Shown piece after piece: positions 1-14,013 of a DNA stretch of 64,000 nucleotides. The DNA lies in the NCBI GenBank assembly GCA_030141605.1, contig JAQGDQ010000229.1, positions 1 to 64,000 on the forward strand, read 5' to 3'. The translations under genes were made by a program, and so were the position numbers. Each line of letters begins with the position of its first letter. Within the stretch, counting starts at the first letter, position 1. Source of the stretch: Tubiluchus corallicola. Lineage: Eukaryota; Animalia; Priapulida. The notes beneath the pieces were generated by a model. It ran no database searches. It saw nothing but the letters and a program-made list of their open reading frames with translations, and was not told the DNA's origin.

Positions 1-420
<420 letters not shown>

Positions 421-1927
421 CACCAATTATATTCAAGTTTCTTCTACCTCTTCGCATTTTCCTTTTTTAACATCTTTCAACATCTCCGTCTCTTCTCTCT
501 ATTCTTAAACACCGCTTTTTAATTTAAATTTTTTTCACTTCCTATTTTTCCGGCTTGCTACGTCTGGTGCATTAACCGACCTCAACTGTTACAATCAGTT
601 GCAGGCAAAGTGCGTTTAATGAATTGGGTGTGACAAGCGGTCTTATTGAAGACTCTGACTTCAATGAAGCGGGAAACAGGCTGAAGACAGCGCGTCAGTA
701 TCAATATTCGTCAAAGGAGTGTATTTCTAACTATATGACATCTTAAAGGATCCAATCCATTATCGTGTGTTGCTGGATGTCTATAAACTTGGCTCTTCGT
801 TAATGACATGGAAATGGACTCCACATATAGGTAGATAGTCTAGGAAGTCAGAAATAATCATTTGCAGTAGATATTTCTAAATTTGGTCACAAAAACAACC
901 TCAATTTTGCTGCTGATGTATAGAAAATTGTGTGCCATACTGACTTTCACGTTTATTTTTTACACTTCCACAACCCGAATTCCAGCAGTCAACGGCAGAC
1001 CTACTCAACGAAGTTATGAAGTTTGTGGCAAGACCGGAATCTTGCTTATTATCGAGAATGACCTTCTAAGACAACACGGCACTGAACAGGCAGAGGTTGA
1101 TACGTTCGTGTGTCGGCAAAGCGGGTTACTCATTCACTTTCTGGATGAATCATCGGCACGCCCGTAATGTAAACGGGGGGGAACCACCTTACGAACGGGG
1201 ACCGTTCAAAGTACACATGCGTGACAGCTAAATTTTTACTTCACCTCAAATTCTTGTCTATGTTACTGGTCTGTTTGCAAGCCGATGTGACTGTGCCGTG
1301 AGTATGAAAAAAAAAGAATGTGTATCATGTATGTATGCCTAATAATAGTTCCAATGGACTGCTTGAACTATATATCTAGGACTGCTCGAAATATATATTA
1401 CTGAGGAGTCTTCCATCGTATAATACTGCGTGGGCTGTATTCTAATGCAATATGACTATGAAATCATATCTAACAAGGAAGACTTCCTATCTTCCTATCT
1501 TCACAAAGAAGTTTTTTGGTAATTTTATGTAAGCTTTTATAAAAAGTTTTTATAAGCTACTATTAGGGCTGTTCCGTCAGTCAATGCCAGTCGTACGTAC
1601 GGCGGCACTTGCATTTCTGTGCAACTGGCTATAAAAAGCTGCTAAGCTAACATTCGGAAGGCTGCTAAAGTCTATAACATGTTTAGTGTGTTTGCTCGAC
1701 TAGGTTTATCAGTTTTACAACCTTGATAAGAACTGGATTGGTTGAAGGAAGTATAGCTTCTGAGGTGCCGACGGATTTACTGATGTGGAGGCATAGCAGC
1801 CACACATGTGTGATATATGCCTGCAGTTTGCACGCCATCTGAGTTATTTCAGCAAATAAGAAACTTAGCTCAGTAGAGAAGAAGAATGAGGAGAAGAGAA
1901 AAAGGGGGAGAAAGTTGGCAATTGTAA

Positions 1928-2475
<548 letters not shown>

Positions 2476-3486
2476 TGATGGTTACCCCTCTTACTTGATA
2501 ATAACAGAATGAAGCCCCTGGTCATTCAATCGCTCAGCCTTTGCCCACCTGTCTCTGTTGCAGAATTTGATCATGCAATATCAGCCAAAAGGCTTCAATT
2601 CATCTGAAGATGAAGACTGTGCTCAGTACAATAATTACAACAGGTGAAACGGTTTTAGAAATGCTATTAAAGACAACTATACAAGAAAAATTAACATGGT
2701 TGTAAGTTACGCATAGGCTATAATGCCGCTATATCATGAAGAAGTAACAGCCTGACTACAAAAATTATTATTTTTCTTGTTTGTAAGCGTCGTGATTTTC
2801 AAACACAATTCAATTTTTAACTAATCGTTGTGTAAATAAAAATTTCTTTTGTTCTCTTTTCTTTTGAAATGCAGCGTTATTGCGTGCTTTATGAAGGCCT
2901 GCAAAACTGCAAAATTTAAACTAATATATACTTTAAGGTTCATTACCCTGTCAAAGTATAGTATTATCCTATCTTAATGTAGAAAATAAAACATGTTATT
3001 CGTTTAACACATTTAAACGTTCGCTTGGCCAGAATAAGACTTGCCACATAGCTTTAAATGACAGAATATGCGCCGGCTTCCTTATGCACAGCACATGACC
3101 ATTATGTCAGCAGATTCCTGCGAAGTCACGGGCGTAAAAACGTCAAGTGAATAACGTGTGTTTATATCAAAGAGTGATCAAAGGCTCTAAGAGGACAAAC
3201 CATCAAAGCGCTCGTGATTTTACCAGTTAGCTTCCCTTTCATGTGCTCGTGACTTCGCTGGCTTCTCGCAAAGCACTACTAGCCCGAAGCCCATCCAGAC
3301 TCGTTTGATGTTGCAGGCAATAGCATTAATCTTGTGGTCTGACAGTCACGGCTGACTGGCTGAAATGTTCGAAACATACCAAACAGTTTCCGTGCGCAGC
3401 AGATACCTTTGAAGTCACAAAATTCGTCAAAGGCTATGAAAAAGTGAGAGAGGAAAGACTTGTCGTTATGACACCGTGAGTTCAAC

Positions 3487-3712
3487 AAGCCGCGTAAGTG
3501 TGAGCGTTGCGTGGTGCCGTTTTTTCTTTCTTGAAAGATTTTCATACTCTCATAACACTAACTAATCGAAGTTGTTGTAAAAGCCCACATTACACAAAGC
3601 AAGAGTTAGGAGTTGTCATCATGACGCAGTGCGATACAAGCCACACAAAGTGTGAGAGCGTTGCGTGGAGATAGCGTTTTTGCTACTTGAAGTATTTTCA
3701 TGTTCCCATAAT
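3487..3712. repeat. Degenerate direct duplication, ~70 bp units about 150 bp apart
   Basis: aagccgcgtaagtgtgagcgttgcgtgg...ttttcatactctcataa versus aagccacacaaagtgtgagagcgttgcgtgg...ttttcatgttcccataa. Confidence 0.7.
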
Positions 3713-3715
3713 ATT

Positions 3716-3801
3716 AACAAATCAAGGTTGTTATATAAGCCAACATCAACTACCAATAACAGTGTAATAATGCTAAAGAAGTCGCTGTAATTAATAGCAG
3801 T

Positions 3802-3832
<31 letters not shown>

Positions 3833-3900
3833 ATATTCTTTAGCATTATTACAGTGTTATTGGCAGTTGATGTGGGGTTTTATAACAACCTTGATTTGTT
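3716..3900. mobile_element. MITE-like hairpin element, 65 bp inverted arms around a (TA)n-containing spacer
   Basis: 3716-3780 (aacaaatcaaggttgttat...aatgctaaagaa) matches the reverse complement of 3836-3900 with about 5 mismatches. Confidence 0.8.
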
Positions 3901-6044
3901 TTTAAGTAAGGTTGAGTAGGCCTAGGAAGGCAACCAGAAAGTTCTGATATGACAGTAAATGACCCTGTATATATATATATTTCTCAGCATGATTTGTCAC
4001 AAAAGTACACATAAATTTTTAGTTAATACAGTAAATATTCTGTCTTAGTGAGACTAGAAAAATATTCAGAGTAACTAGAATTACGTAATCTTCTACGTTA
4101 ATAGCATTTTTATTGATGTTTGTGTCACTTGGAATAAATTGATTGTTATTAAAATAAATTGCATACAAATATCATTTTGTAGTGTGGTGGTGACCGAAAT
4201 CAGAAATGTTTTACGGTTACAGTTTAGCTCCTACCTAAGCTATTCCATATCGCTGCTGAATGCAAAACGTGACAAAATGTGAAATTTACAAAGGATAGGT
4301 TCTAACTTCAAGCCTTGGGTCAAGTGAATATAGTTCACGACAGAGAAACGCTCACCAATGGTAAACCATTAATACAAAAAGTGTGTAATCGTAGTTAATT
4401 TTTCGTTTGAAATATATTTAGTAATTATGCTGTCTAGGCAAAAGTGAAAGTGTCCACATTAGTTAGCCATTATTCCTGAAAAAAGAAACCATTAAATTTT
4501 TTCAACTCACATAGTACATCTCAACTGGCACTATTTCGGAGGAAAAACTTTAATTTCCGTTTGCGTGCAACTGTGTTGATGTAAGAAAATGGAAGCGTGG
4601 CTACACCTTTCCTACCATCACAAGGCCTGGGTGGAACCAAATATCAGAAGGTTGTTGTAGGCCCAACAACGTGACAGTTTGTAGAAACATTATTACAGCA
4701 AAGCCCAAGTTGTCAAATTAGTAGTTTAATCTTTTATCACCAGGGGTGCAGATTTGGTGTGTCGTTTTTTCAGACCGCCCACGCATTTGACCCTAACAAA
4801 AGGAGAGGGACCTCCTTTTAAATTACCACTGAATTACTGCCACAATCGGCTAATACAGCCCCTACCGTGTTCACGAATGTGGACAGAAGAATCCTAAAAT
4901 CCTGATTGACAGAGGCGGTGTCTTTGATCTCAGCGGCGCTTGAGAGAAGGAAAAAGTTTCCCCAGGGCGAATTTCGTGAGAGGCATCCCTGGGCTGAAAT
5001 TAGTTTCTCTGGCAACGTTTCTATGCAGCGATAATAATGACAATGTTTAAGACAGAAATGACATGCATTAAAAATATATTAGAGTCTTAGATTTCCTACA
5101 TTTACATGTGAATAACGCAAAGTTACGCAATGAGGTTTCACCCAGTTAAATGTATTAATTTATGATTTCATCTTTTGTGCTACCTCCACGCGAAATCGAT
5201 TGTTTAGTAAAACTGAAAATAGTACCGTCATTGTATATTTTGTTACATTTTTGACAAAAACCGTTCAACGTTTCGACAAAAAAACATTTAGACAAGAGTT
5301 GCCATTTTACATGTACATGCATTTTTTCATCTAATGCAAATACAAGGCAGACGTGTTTTGTTTGCTTTTTATTGTTACGTAACAAATTATATTAGGTAGC
5401 CCAAAACATGTGCTAAGTTTTATCATAATATTATACGAAAAAAAGAATTTCTTACTTCTTTAAGGTGTATTTGATCGGTCTCAATCATGAATTTTTGCTT
5501 TTGGTTCCTCTGCATCAAACGGTTCTGTGCGACCATTGTACATTTTCTCTTTAAGGGAAGTCTAGATACTGTAATCTAGACCATTAAGCCTCCTTTATTT
5601 CTTGGCAACAAATCTTTATCAGTGGATGACAATGATGTAAACTGGTTGATTTCTTTTTTGTTTTACCCCACGTATTTTTTCTGGCATTTAATTTTTTAAC
5701 ATACAAACACTTTTCGGTCTTAACTTGAAAACCACTAAAACTATAAACTTGTAACTTTCGCTGCCAAAAGGTAATGCTGACTGAATCAACAACAATACCT
5801 CTAATATAACGCTGCGAAATTGCAGCTTTGTATTTCACTAGCTTCAAGAAATTATTGTAATCTAAACGTCGGCACATTTTTTCTGTGCTATCCGACATAA
5901 TGACAATATTGTTCTTACATAAAATGCAACAAAACATGTAATCAGGGTAATTTTTTCAGGTCTCCTCAACAATACCTTTGGCAAGGCGATTGCAAGATGA
6001 AATCATAGGCTACAGCTGACTGGCTTCTAGTCTTCTACAACTTT

Positions 6045-6572
6045 CAAGGTTGTAAATGTTCCTTAGCTTTAGAAACTAGTTCCAGTTCCAAGTTTTCTGA
6101 TAAAAAGAACTAGTTCTGCAGTTCCAAGTTCTTCTGTGACAAAAATTGCATTAAATTCCTAGTTCCTCATTTTTTTAGAAAAAGAACTAGTTCCGGCTCG
6201 AGTTCCTTTGTACAAAAGTAACCTTATTCAGTTCCTTTGTGTTTGTGTCTCTTATGCACAGAATTCTCTGCCGTAAATGACCTAAAATAGGCGGTGTTCT
6301 TAAATGATCCTGTAAAGCTACTTTTGGTGTTTTTGTAAGGCATCTAACCAAAAAAAGACGAACATGTCAAAAACGTGAAAATTAGAAAAGTTAACTCCAG
6401 ATGGAACTTGGAAAGGAACTCATTTTACTTACAGTTTCACTACGACAAATGAAACTAGTTCCATTTCCAAATTCTACTTTCTTACAACGAACTATAGTTC
6501 CAGTTCCAAGTTCCTGGAAAAGGAACTAGCTTCCAGGGACTTCATTTCATGAACTAAGTTCCTTCAGGCCTA
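6045..6572. mobile_element. Non-autonomous DNA transposon remnant, hAT-like, with subterminal GAACTAGTTCC(A)GTTCCAAGTT motif arrays at both ends
   Basis: About 7 copies of a GAACTAGTTC-type palindromic motif cluster in 6070-6240 and 6400-6565. Termini CAAGGTTG / CAGGCCTA are only weakly inverted and no clear TSD is visible. Confidence 0.55.
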
Positions 6573-7424
6573 CGGGCCTAAGATTTTGGTTTCAGTTCGT
6601 ATATAGTTTGTTCTGTGTATTTGTTCGAAGGCATTAATAAATGCGAAATATGATGAAATACAATAACATTAATGTCCCTTTAGTTAAGGATGAATATGAT
6701 GATTATCATGATGACGAGATGTTGATGATGATGATGATGGTGATGACGATGACGATGACAAATCTCTACTAATATGTATAATCTACAACAAATATTACAC
6801 AATATGTTACACGTGTGCACTTCGCCAGAAAAGCACTTTACACGCACACGAAGGAGGGAGTGGGAGCGGCAGAAAGAACAGCCGTTTTCGGTCTCTTTTG
6901 CTGTCAATCTCCGTTAGTTTGAGTGATAGCTCACAGGATGCGCTTCAAAGCCGAGAATGTTCTCTGATGGATTTCTTTCTTGGCCATCCATCTTTTGCCG
7001 TCGGTAGAGTTGTTCTTACTCAGCTGTCAGCGTTGATAACCGTCAGATTCAGCAAGCCCACGTGTTCAGTTGCATCACAAGCTCCTGATGTGCCAGATGA
7101 GGAATTTTATCTTTACTCAACGCTGTTGGAAATTAAGTATGCACTGGAAAAAAGAAAACTAATATTAAGGTTAAATTATTTACAATATTAATGTAAAGAT
7201 TATCGTTAATGCGGGTTTGTACCACAATTGATATTAAGGTTATTAAGAAGGCGCTCACAGTGCTTAAAGTTTGTTGTTAAAAGATGTCGGTACAGTCGCC
7301 ACTTGGCACGTGCACCATGTTCAGGTACTAACAATAAGCTGTGTTGTCAGTTACTAAAACTATTGGTACTTTATGGTGAATATTTTTTGACTAGCATATA
7401 TATCGCATTAACCAGGTTAGGGAT

Positions 7425-7748
7425 TTAAGGAGACACTAGTACTCACACTGCTTAAATTTCATTCTCAAAAGGTGTAGCCACTTCCCTCAAAAAACCATAT
7501 TATATTGATACAAGTAATAATACCCGTGTTGCCAATAAAACTATATTGATAAGTGTTTTTTTGTATGATCTATATGGCATAATTTGCATTAACGGTTTAG
7601 AAACTAGTTTTGGTTAGAGGCAGGTTCATAATATGTTTAATTCACGGCAAAAATTGTAAATACACGTGACTCAGCTAAGAAAAACTTTGTGCTGGCATCT
7701 ACTGGGACTACATGAAACTAATTGAAGCAAGTGTATATTTTACTTTAA
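7425..7748. mobile_element. Possible TTAA-flanked MITE (Kolobok/piggyBac-like), degenerate
   Basis: TTAA at both ends. Subterminal acactgcttaaatt matches inverted acacttgcttcaatt. Confidence 0.3.
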
Positions 7749-7750
7749 CC

Positions 7751-7945
7751 GGCTATATAGCTCAAGGTAGTGTGCTCGCTTTTCATCCGGAAGGTCGCAG
7801 TTTCAACTCTGAGTCTTCCCAAAAACTTTAAATAATGTTCTGCTGGTTTATCAAAGTGACACGCGGGTAATAATAATTGGGTCCGACTTGGAAATAAGTA
7901 CTGAGTTACTCAAATGAGTATTGAGATACCTACTTATTATTATAA
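7751..7945 (+). mobile_element. tRNA-derived SINE-like element
   Basis: A-box-like TAGCTCAAGGTAG and B-box-like GTTTCAACTC at tRNA spacing, followed by a body and a short (TTA)n tail. Confidence 0.55.
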
Positions 7946-8586
7946 CTATCACTGCGTGCATTGAATATATTTTTGTTGAAAAAGCACCAAGACTTTTCCT
8001 TCTCATCATCGTCAGCCTCTCCTTTCCTGTTGTCTGTTCTCCTCTTTTGCTGAAATATCAACTAATTAGTTTCTTTGCCATCGTTTTACTTCCGCCTACC
8101 GGATGTTACATTCCTAGCCCAGTTGTGCTAAATGTAACTTTCTTTGTCGTCTAAAATCGTATGGGTTACCCCCATTTAAAAGCATTTTGATGTTGTTAAC
8201 ACGACACATGTCTGCACACAAAATTCTTCGTGTTGCTGGACCATAAAACTATTAATGAATTAATAGGCTTCCTACAGGCTACTTCACAGGACCCGCAAGA
8301 ATTTTACGCGTTTATGCACCGGCAGGTGGTCAACGCTGTAAATTTAACTAAAATCCATAAAAGCTGGATTTTAGTATACTAATGATAACATATCATCGTA
8401 AATGGCCGATAACCCAAGGTCGTTAAAACAGTCGTAAATATTATAGGGTTGGCAAGCTCTTACGTTTAATAGCAAAACGGAAGCGTTATTTGCAAAAAAT
8501 AGTAGGATAAGAATCTGTTATGAGCACTATAGTGAAGCGTTTGCAAAACTGCAAGAGCCCAGAAGAGTTGCAGGATATTTAATATA

Positions 8587-9036
8587 TCAGGTGGCCCAAA
8601 AAATATGCTGGCGTTTGGTTAAGATTTCATAAGAAGAAGATTACGGAAGCGCTTGAAAGTCACATGTTGCGTTTTCGTACAGACATCAAACATTTTAGGT
8701 CACAATTTTCAAGTGACTGACGACTACTGCCACGCCTGAAAATTTTTGTTCAGCAAGTAGTATAAATTAACTTTATGCTTTATAGATAATTTTTTGCAAA
8801 TTTCTTTGTTATGTTTTTCTAAGTTTAAGTGAGAACAGTAAAATAAACCCAACAAGCAAGTGACTTGTCTTTTCCTTTAAAAACCCCTTAAATTATAAAT
8901 TTTACGCTTTCACAGTCGAAAACTAATGTACTGTAGCATCACGTTGTGAAATTTCAACTTTGCTTCTATGAGGAAGGGCACTTGCTTCTATTATTATTGT
9001 AGTTCAAACTTTTGCACATTTTTCTGGGCCACCCGA
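8587..9036. mobile_element. Tc1/mariner-type MITE, 450 bp
   Basis: TIRs TCAGGTGGCCCAAAAAATATG / CACATTTTTCTGGGCCACCCGA, flanked by TA on both sides. Confidence 0.8.
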
Positions 9037-10149
9037 TATATGTTACATTTTAATAGTACGCTGTATAGATATTACAAACTGGGGAATTAACAGCGGTGTA
9101 GCTGTAAAAAATGATCGAGTCGAGTGGTGCTCCCCCTGAATTACACTCCAGGTGGAAAGCTGTCTGTGGAGGCTAACTAGAACACGACTGTGGAATCCTT
9201 TACCACTATAAGTGACCAAGGCCATTACTAACGTAAACGCGTTTTAAAATCAAGCTTACTTAGCAATCTGCTGAGAAAATAAAGGCCCTAAATTTCAATT
9301 CGTTTAGAACTGGTAATTTCTGATTTTTCCTTTTTTGCTGCACATTTTTAGTAAAGCAATTGTGAGTTCCTTGTCCACGTAATTTATTCTGGCTTTTGGA
9401 TAGTTTGCGAATGTTTTAAATATTGTCTTACAAATGTATAATGTTTAAACTGATTTACAGAGAGATCAGGTTTATGATCTTATTTTAATCCAGCACACGT
9501 AGTGCCATATTAATAACTTTGTGTTTCAATTACTATGATGTAAGTTGTTCTGCAGTTTATTTGTTTTGATTTCGTAGACCAGTTAAGAAGTATGATTTGT
9601 GCCACTTCGTTAAAGCTTTACCCAAAATATAAATCTTTATAACGAAATTGTAACAGCTATAATAATAACAATTGCTAATCAAAAAAATCATTAGCCAAAA
9701 TCTATAGGCCCATAGTTTTAATTTCTATGATCTTCATACTATGCTTTTAACTTTTGCCATACTCTGCTAAGGCAAAGGTTGAACAGCTCTGATTTGTTCA
9801 ATATTCATTCCTTTACTGTGTTTAATTTGATTTAAGAATTTTGATCCATCGCCAACAATAATTGAAATTTATGGTTTTCATCTTGTAATGCTAACGATGA
9901 TTTTCTAATTAATGAAGCCTCTATAAATGTAGTTTTCTCAGGCCCTGGCCATTAGTCCCACGCCAACGATTCCATATCTAAAACACCACTACACATATCA
10001 AGGTATGCGTATCGAAAGCATGGTGGCAGGCTACACGCGGATTCTCTTTTAAGGTAATCCGGTCACACACTACTTTCTTGCGCCAAAAATGTTCGTGTGA
10101 ATACACCAGGCGCCTTTTCCCATCCTGGATTCTCACACTATCTGTTGAG

Positions 10150-10625
10150 TTAAATTTACAATCTTGCAACACACATTTCCTTTCAGCAAGGCTGACAGGT
10201 CCCTGCTATAAATTTACTGTCTGTTGAAGTCGCATTAATCCCCGCTTCACTCGCCGCTGGCTCGGGCTTTGTCGGCACATTTCGCCATGACGTGTTTACG
10301 AGCAACCTTTGACCCGTTTGCTATAAACCTGTCGTTTCTTCTCCTCTTCTCACATGCGTAACAGATTTTGCCGAAACATAAATTGCCAACTTAATGGTAC
10401 TAGCTGTGATTTATTTATTACCGCGCTGTTTGCTGCGTGATGGGGCGGCGTTGTCTGTGCGCGGTCACGTGACGCGCAAGTGAATAAACCGCGCAGTTTA
10501 CGAGGAGATAAATCTAGCATGGTGCTGCTATTAAAGGTAATAAATTCTACTCGAGATCATTTGTCTCGCCAAGGAATTTAACTGCTTAAACTCGGACAAT
10601 TTTTCATTTATTTGCATGCTGTGGT
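10150..10625. promoter_or_regulatory. CpG-rich candidate promoter/enhancer island
   Basis: GC box GGGGCGGCG at 10442, palindromic GTCACGTGAC at 10464-10473, TTTACGAG twice (~10296, ~10497), TGATTTAT at ~10407, TGACAG at ~10194. Confidence 0.5.
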
Positions 10626-11039
10626 AAGCATGTGGGGTGCGTGTCTTTAATACCTGCAGATTAAACTGATCTTCCACTTCAGAATTAAAATTTTAATTGC
10701 CTAATAGGCTAAAACTCCAGGCAGCAACGATTTGTTATCCGAGCATTAATTTTTTCAGTCAATAGATAGTAATATATTAATTCCAGGATCTGTCACAGTG
10801 ATAAAAAGATAATAACCAATTCTTTGTGTGGTGCAGCTGAACGAAGTTAAACTGGTCTATATAAGAATCGATTTTCTTTTAGTAATTTTTGACATTTAAG
10901 ACTTGGATTGTGAACACTTATGGGCGGCAAGCGTAAGAAGAAGCTACAAGCAAAAATTCGTTGGCGTCGTTGGGAACTAGTGATTCAGTGAAAAGTATCA
11001 CTAAAAATTTATCCCTGTAAGCAGCCCTGTCTTTTAGTA

Positions 11040-11130
11040 GGTACTAGAGGAAGGAGAGTGATTCCAAACGCTTGACTGAGCGATAGAGATAGATCGTTAC
11101 GCATCTATTTACGAAGCCTAGTCTGTAGCT
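11040..11130 (-). mobile_element. Possible LINE ORF2 C-terminal relic
   Basis: Minus strand translates RSISIAQSSVWNHSPSS, resembling the RSxxxxGxxLWNxLP motif near the C-terminus of CR1/L2 ORF2. The match is short and flanked by stops. Confidence 0.3.
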
Positions 11131-11180
11131 CAGTCGCCTTTCTTCACCCCAATACATAATCATGGCTCAGCTCAAGGAAA

Positions 11181-11309
11181 GTAGGCCTAGGCTACCAAAC
11201 GTTCTTTATGAATGGTAAATGGCTCGATAAACCTCGACATGGGTGGGAATCAAACCCAGAACCTCTGAACCGGGAGCGAAGTGTCATAACCACTCAGCCA
11301 CTGCTCGCT
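11181..11309 (-). mobile_element. tRNA-derived SINE, family A copy 1
   Basis: Minus strand has A box TGGCTGAGTGG and B box GGTTTGATTCC. The body shares ggtaaatggct...cgacatg with the copy at 17005-17123. Confidence 0.7.
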
Positions 11310-14013
11310 CAATCAATAGTATAGGCCTAATAGGCAATAATTTCAGATGCAGCAGTATTGCAAAACAGCAAATTATGATTATTATGGTTATATAGGTATA
11401 TATACTTTTTATTTCTAATGATTCTGAGTATAGATAAAAGTCTTATAACAAAACAGGCACAGGAATAGAGTTTCTCACATACAAACCAAATCTTGTTGAG
11501 TTTAATGAGGAAATAAGAAGGGTAACGTCTAAGTGAGAAACCCGAGGAGAAGGAATGTCGGAACAGGGGTGTTGCTGGACCTATCTCATCAATAGATCAG
11601 CTGACTGGATCAACACGAACGGAGTTTGGAACTTGGAACAGCAGATTATTTAATGTCTTGAGCCATAGGCGTTGTTGTGAAATCACCATCCGCGGCTCTC
11701 CGACATCACGCACGGCTGGAATCATCAACAGTGCGCAAAACCGAACGGCTCTTTACACAAACATTTCAATATTTTTCACTTTTGTACGATCAGGGTGCCG
11801 GGCGGTGAATAATAAACAGGCGGCTCGTGAGCGAAGGGCCCCGACAGCTTCACTGCCAGTTGTCATAACAAAACGTCATTTTTTGCCGCCTGGCGGCCGC
11901 TTTGTTTAACACTATACCGTAAACTGTCTGTACGGAAAGATTTGTAACAAGTTATTAGGTTATTCTTCTGAGGTGTGCCTACTTGTGACTTTTCTAGGAT
12001 GGTAGAAATGCGACGTGGTTATTATAGCTCACAACTTACTAGTTAATTGTTTATTATGCTTAATGCTCGGCTAAAATTAAAGCAGTTCACCCAATGAGTC
12101 TAGGTCGTATTACTGTCCCAAAACCATTGTTTTCACGCCTACGAATTGCAAGGCCTACTGGTCGCTCAATTTTCAGTAGGCCTTCTAAACCAATTTGTCC
12201 CTGAAAGCCTTTGAACCTCAATTCCGTTAGTTCATCAAAGTTTGTGAGTGATTTCCCCAGTCAACCCTATCGGGCTTATCGTCGCTTGCATGCCTTGCAT
12301 TCGTTGAATGTGCTCCGGTCTTAGACATCTTGACATTTCAATATCTTACAAGAGTGGCTAGGAACATATAGAAAAAAGTGGGATCCTGTATCAAGCTCTT
12401 GATGTTTCTCTATATTTAAAAATTATATACATGTATACAGTCTCCTAACGCTGTACAGAAGCTCGATTTCTACATTATGGCAGTATTGGCACAATTATGG
12501 CACTTGTGATGCATTTGCAGAAAAATAAATTTGAAAATTTGAATTAAAAATATCCTTAGATCTTTAAAGTTAATTACACTTAATGCCTCTTAAGCCCTAC
12601 TCTCGTAAGATCACTTAGCGAACCAAATTGAAAACCGAGCTGTAGAACCCGTTTCTTCAAGCCCAAAAAGTAGTCCCCCTTTTGGATGCATTACCTGCAC
12701 CTGAAATGTCTAATCTGGAGAGCTTATGAGGATGACAAATACGCTACGTGAGTGTAAAACTGTAGACTGAACCTTTTTGTCGATTTTTACTTTCATTGTA
12801 TTATCATGTGCTAAAAGTAACTCGAGTGTGAGTAGTGCTCACTTGCATTATGTGAAAAAGAGGCAAAATATTTCTAAATTCCAAAAAATTAAACAAAATG
12901 TGGATGATCAGAGATAGTCACATAATATTTTTTATTTTGTTTCTAAGTATCAGTAACAATAGTAACTCACAGGAGTAACATGTAATACCTAATACAAGGC
13001 AGATTAAATAAGTATAGATAAATACATAATATGTAATGGACGGACAACGCTATCACCGTGAGGATGGTAATAGTACCATCTCCTACTTATGTAATCAATA
13101 ACATTAAATAAAATACTTAAGTTCAAAATGTTAAGTAAGAAAAATGATATTAAAATAAGTGACACACTCACACCCATCTACTTTAGTCATAAATAGCAGC
13201 GTAAAAGTTTTCTAAACTACATGTATAGGAGAGTAGACAACTATAGAGCCTGCCTGCTAGCAACATTTGTTAATGCACTGTGTCTTTTGAAGCAACCTGC
13301 GTATAAGTGAAAAGTTTGCAAATTAAATCGAATAGTTTGTAACTTTTTAATAATATTCCTACTACCAGTATCATTCAAGTAACAGTTTTTCACACACTCC
13401 GTATTTGCAATTATAAGGAACTTAAATTTTCCGTTTATATGTTACACTTTAAACAATGGTCATTAGATTTTGTACTACAGCTAAAACATGAGTGCAAACG
13501 ACCTGAAAGCCAAAGTGACTGAAAGCTATAGGAAGCTGGGCCCCATGACGATTTCTAACGCTTTTAAACCTAATGAATTTTAACACTTATTTTCATCCTT
13601 TGGGGTTCGCCTCACGTCAGCAGACTACTGAGTGGGCTTTTCATACAAAATTATGTGCAATGATATAAGTGCAGAGATACAGAGATTGAAGTTTTACGAA
13701 TTAACACATCTGCACACATTCAAGAGTTTTTGGCAGTAAAACAAAGAGCCCACTCTTCGAATAATAAACCTGTTCCTATATTACTTATTCTATTTATGTG
13801 TGTAACAAACACAAGTTTCGTGTTATCGACAAGACTCTTTAGTTCAGTCTTTTAACAATCAATAAAAACACGAAATTTGGCCAAGCCACACACGTCTTAC
13901 ATTTTCTGGTCTCTGTTGGCTGGATTTTCATTAAAGTACACCAAAAAAGCAATGTGGAACTAGAATTTTTTGTACAACTGAATAACGGCACTTTTCGAAA
14001 ACTTCGCGCGCAA

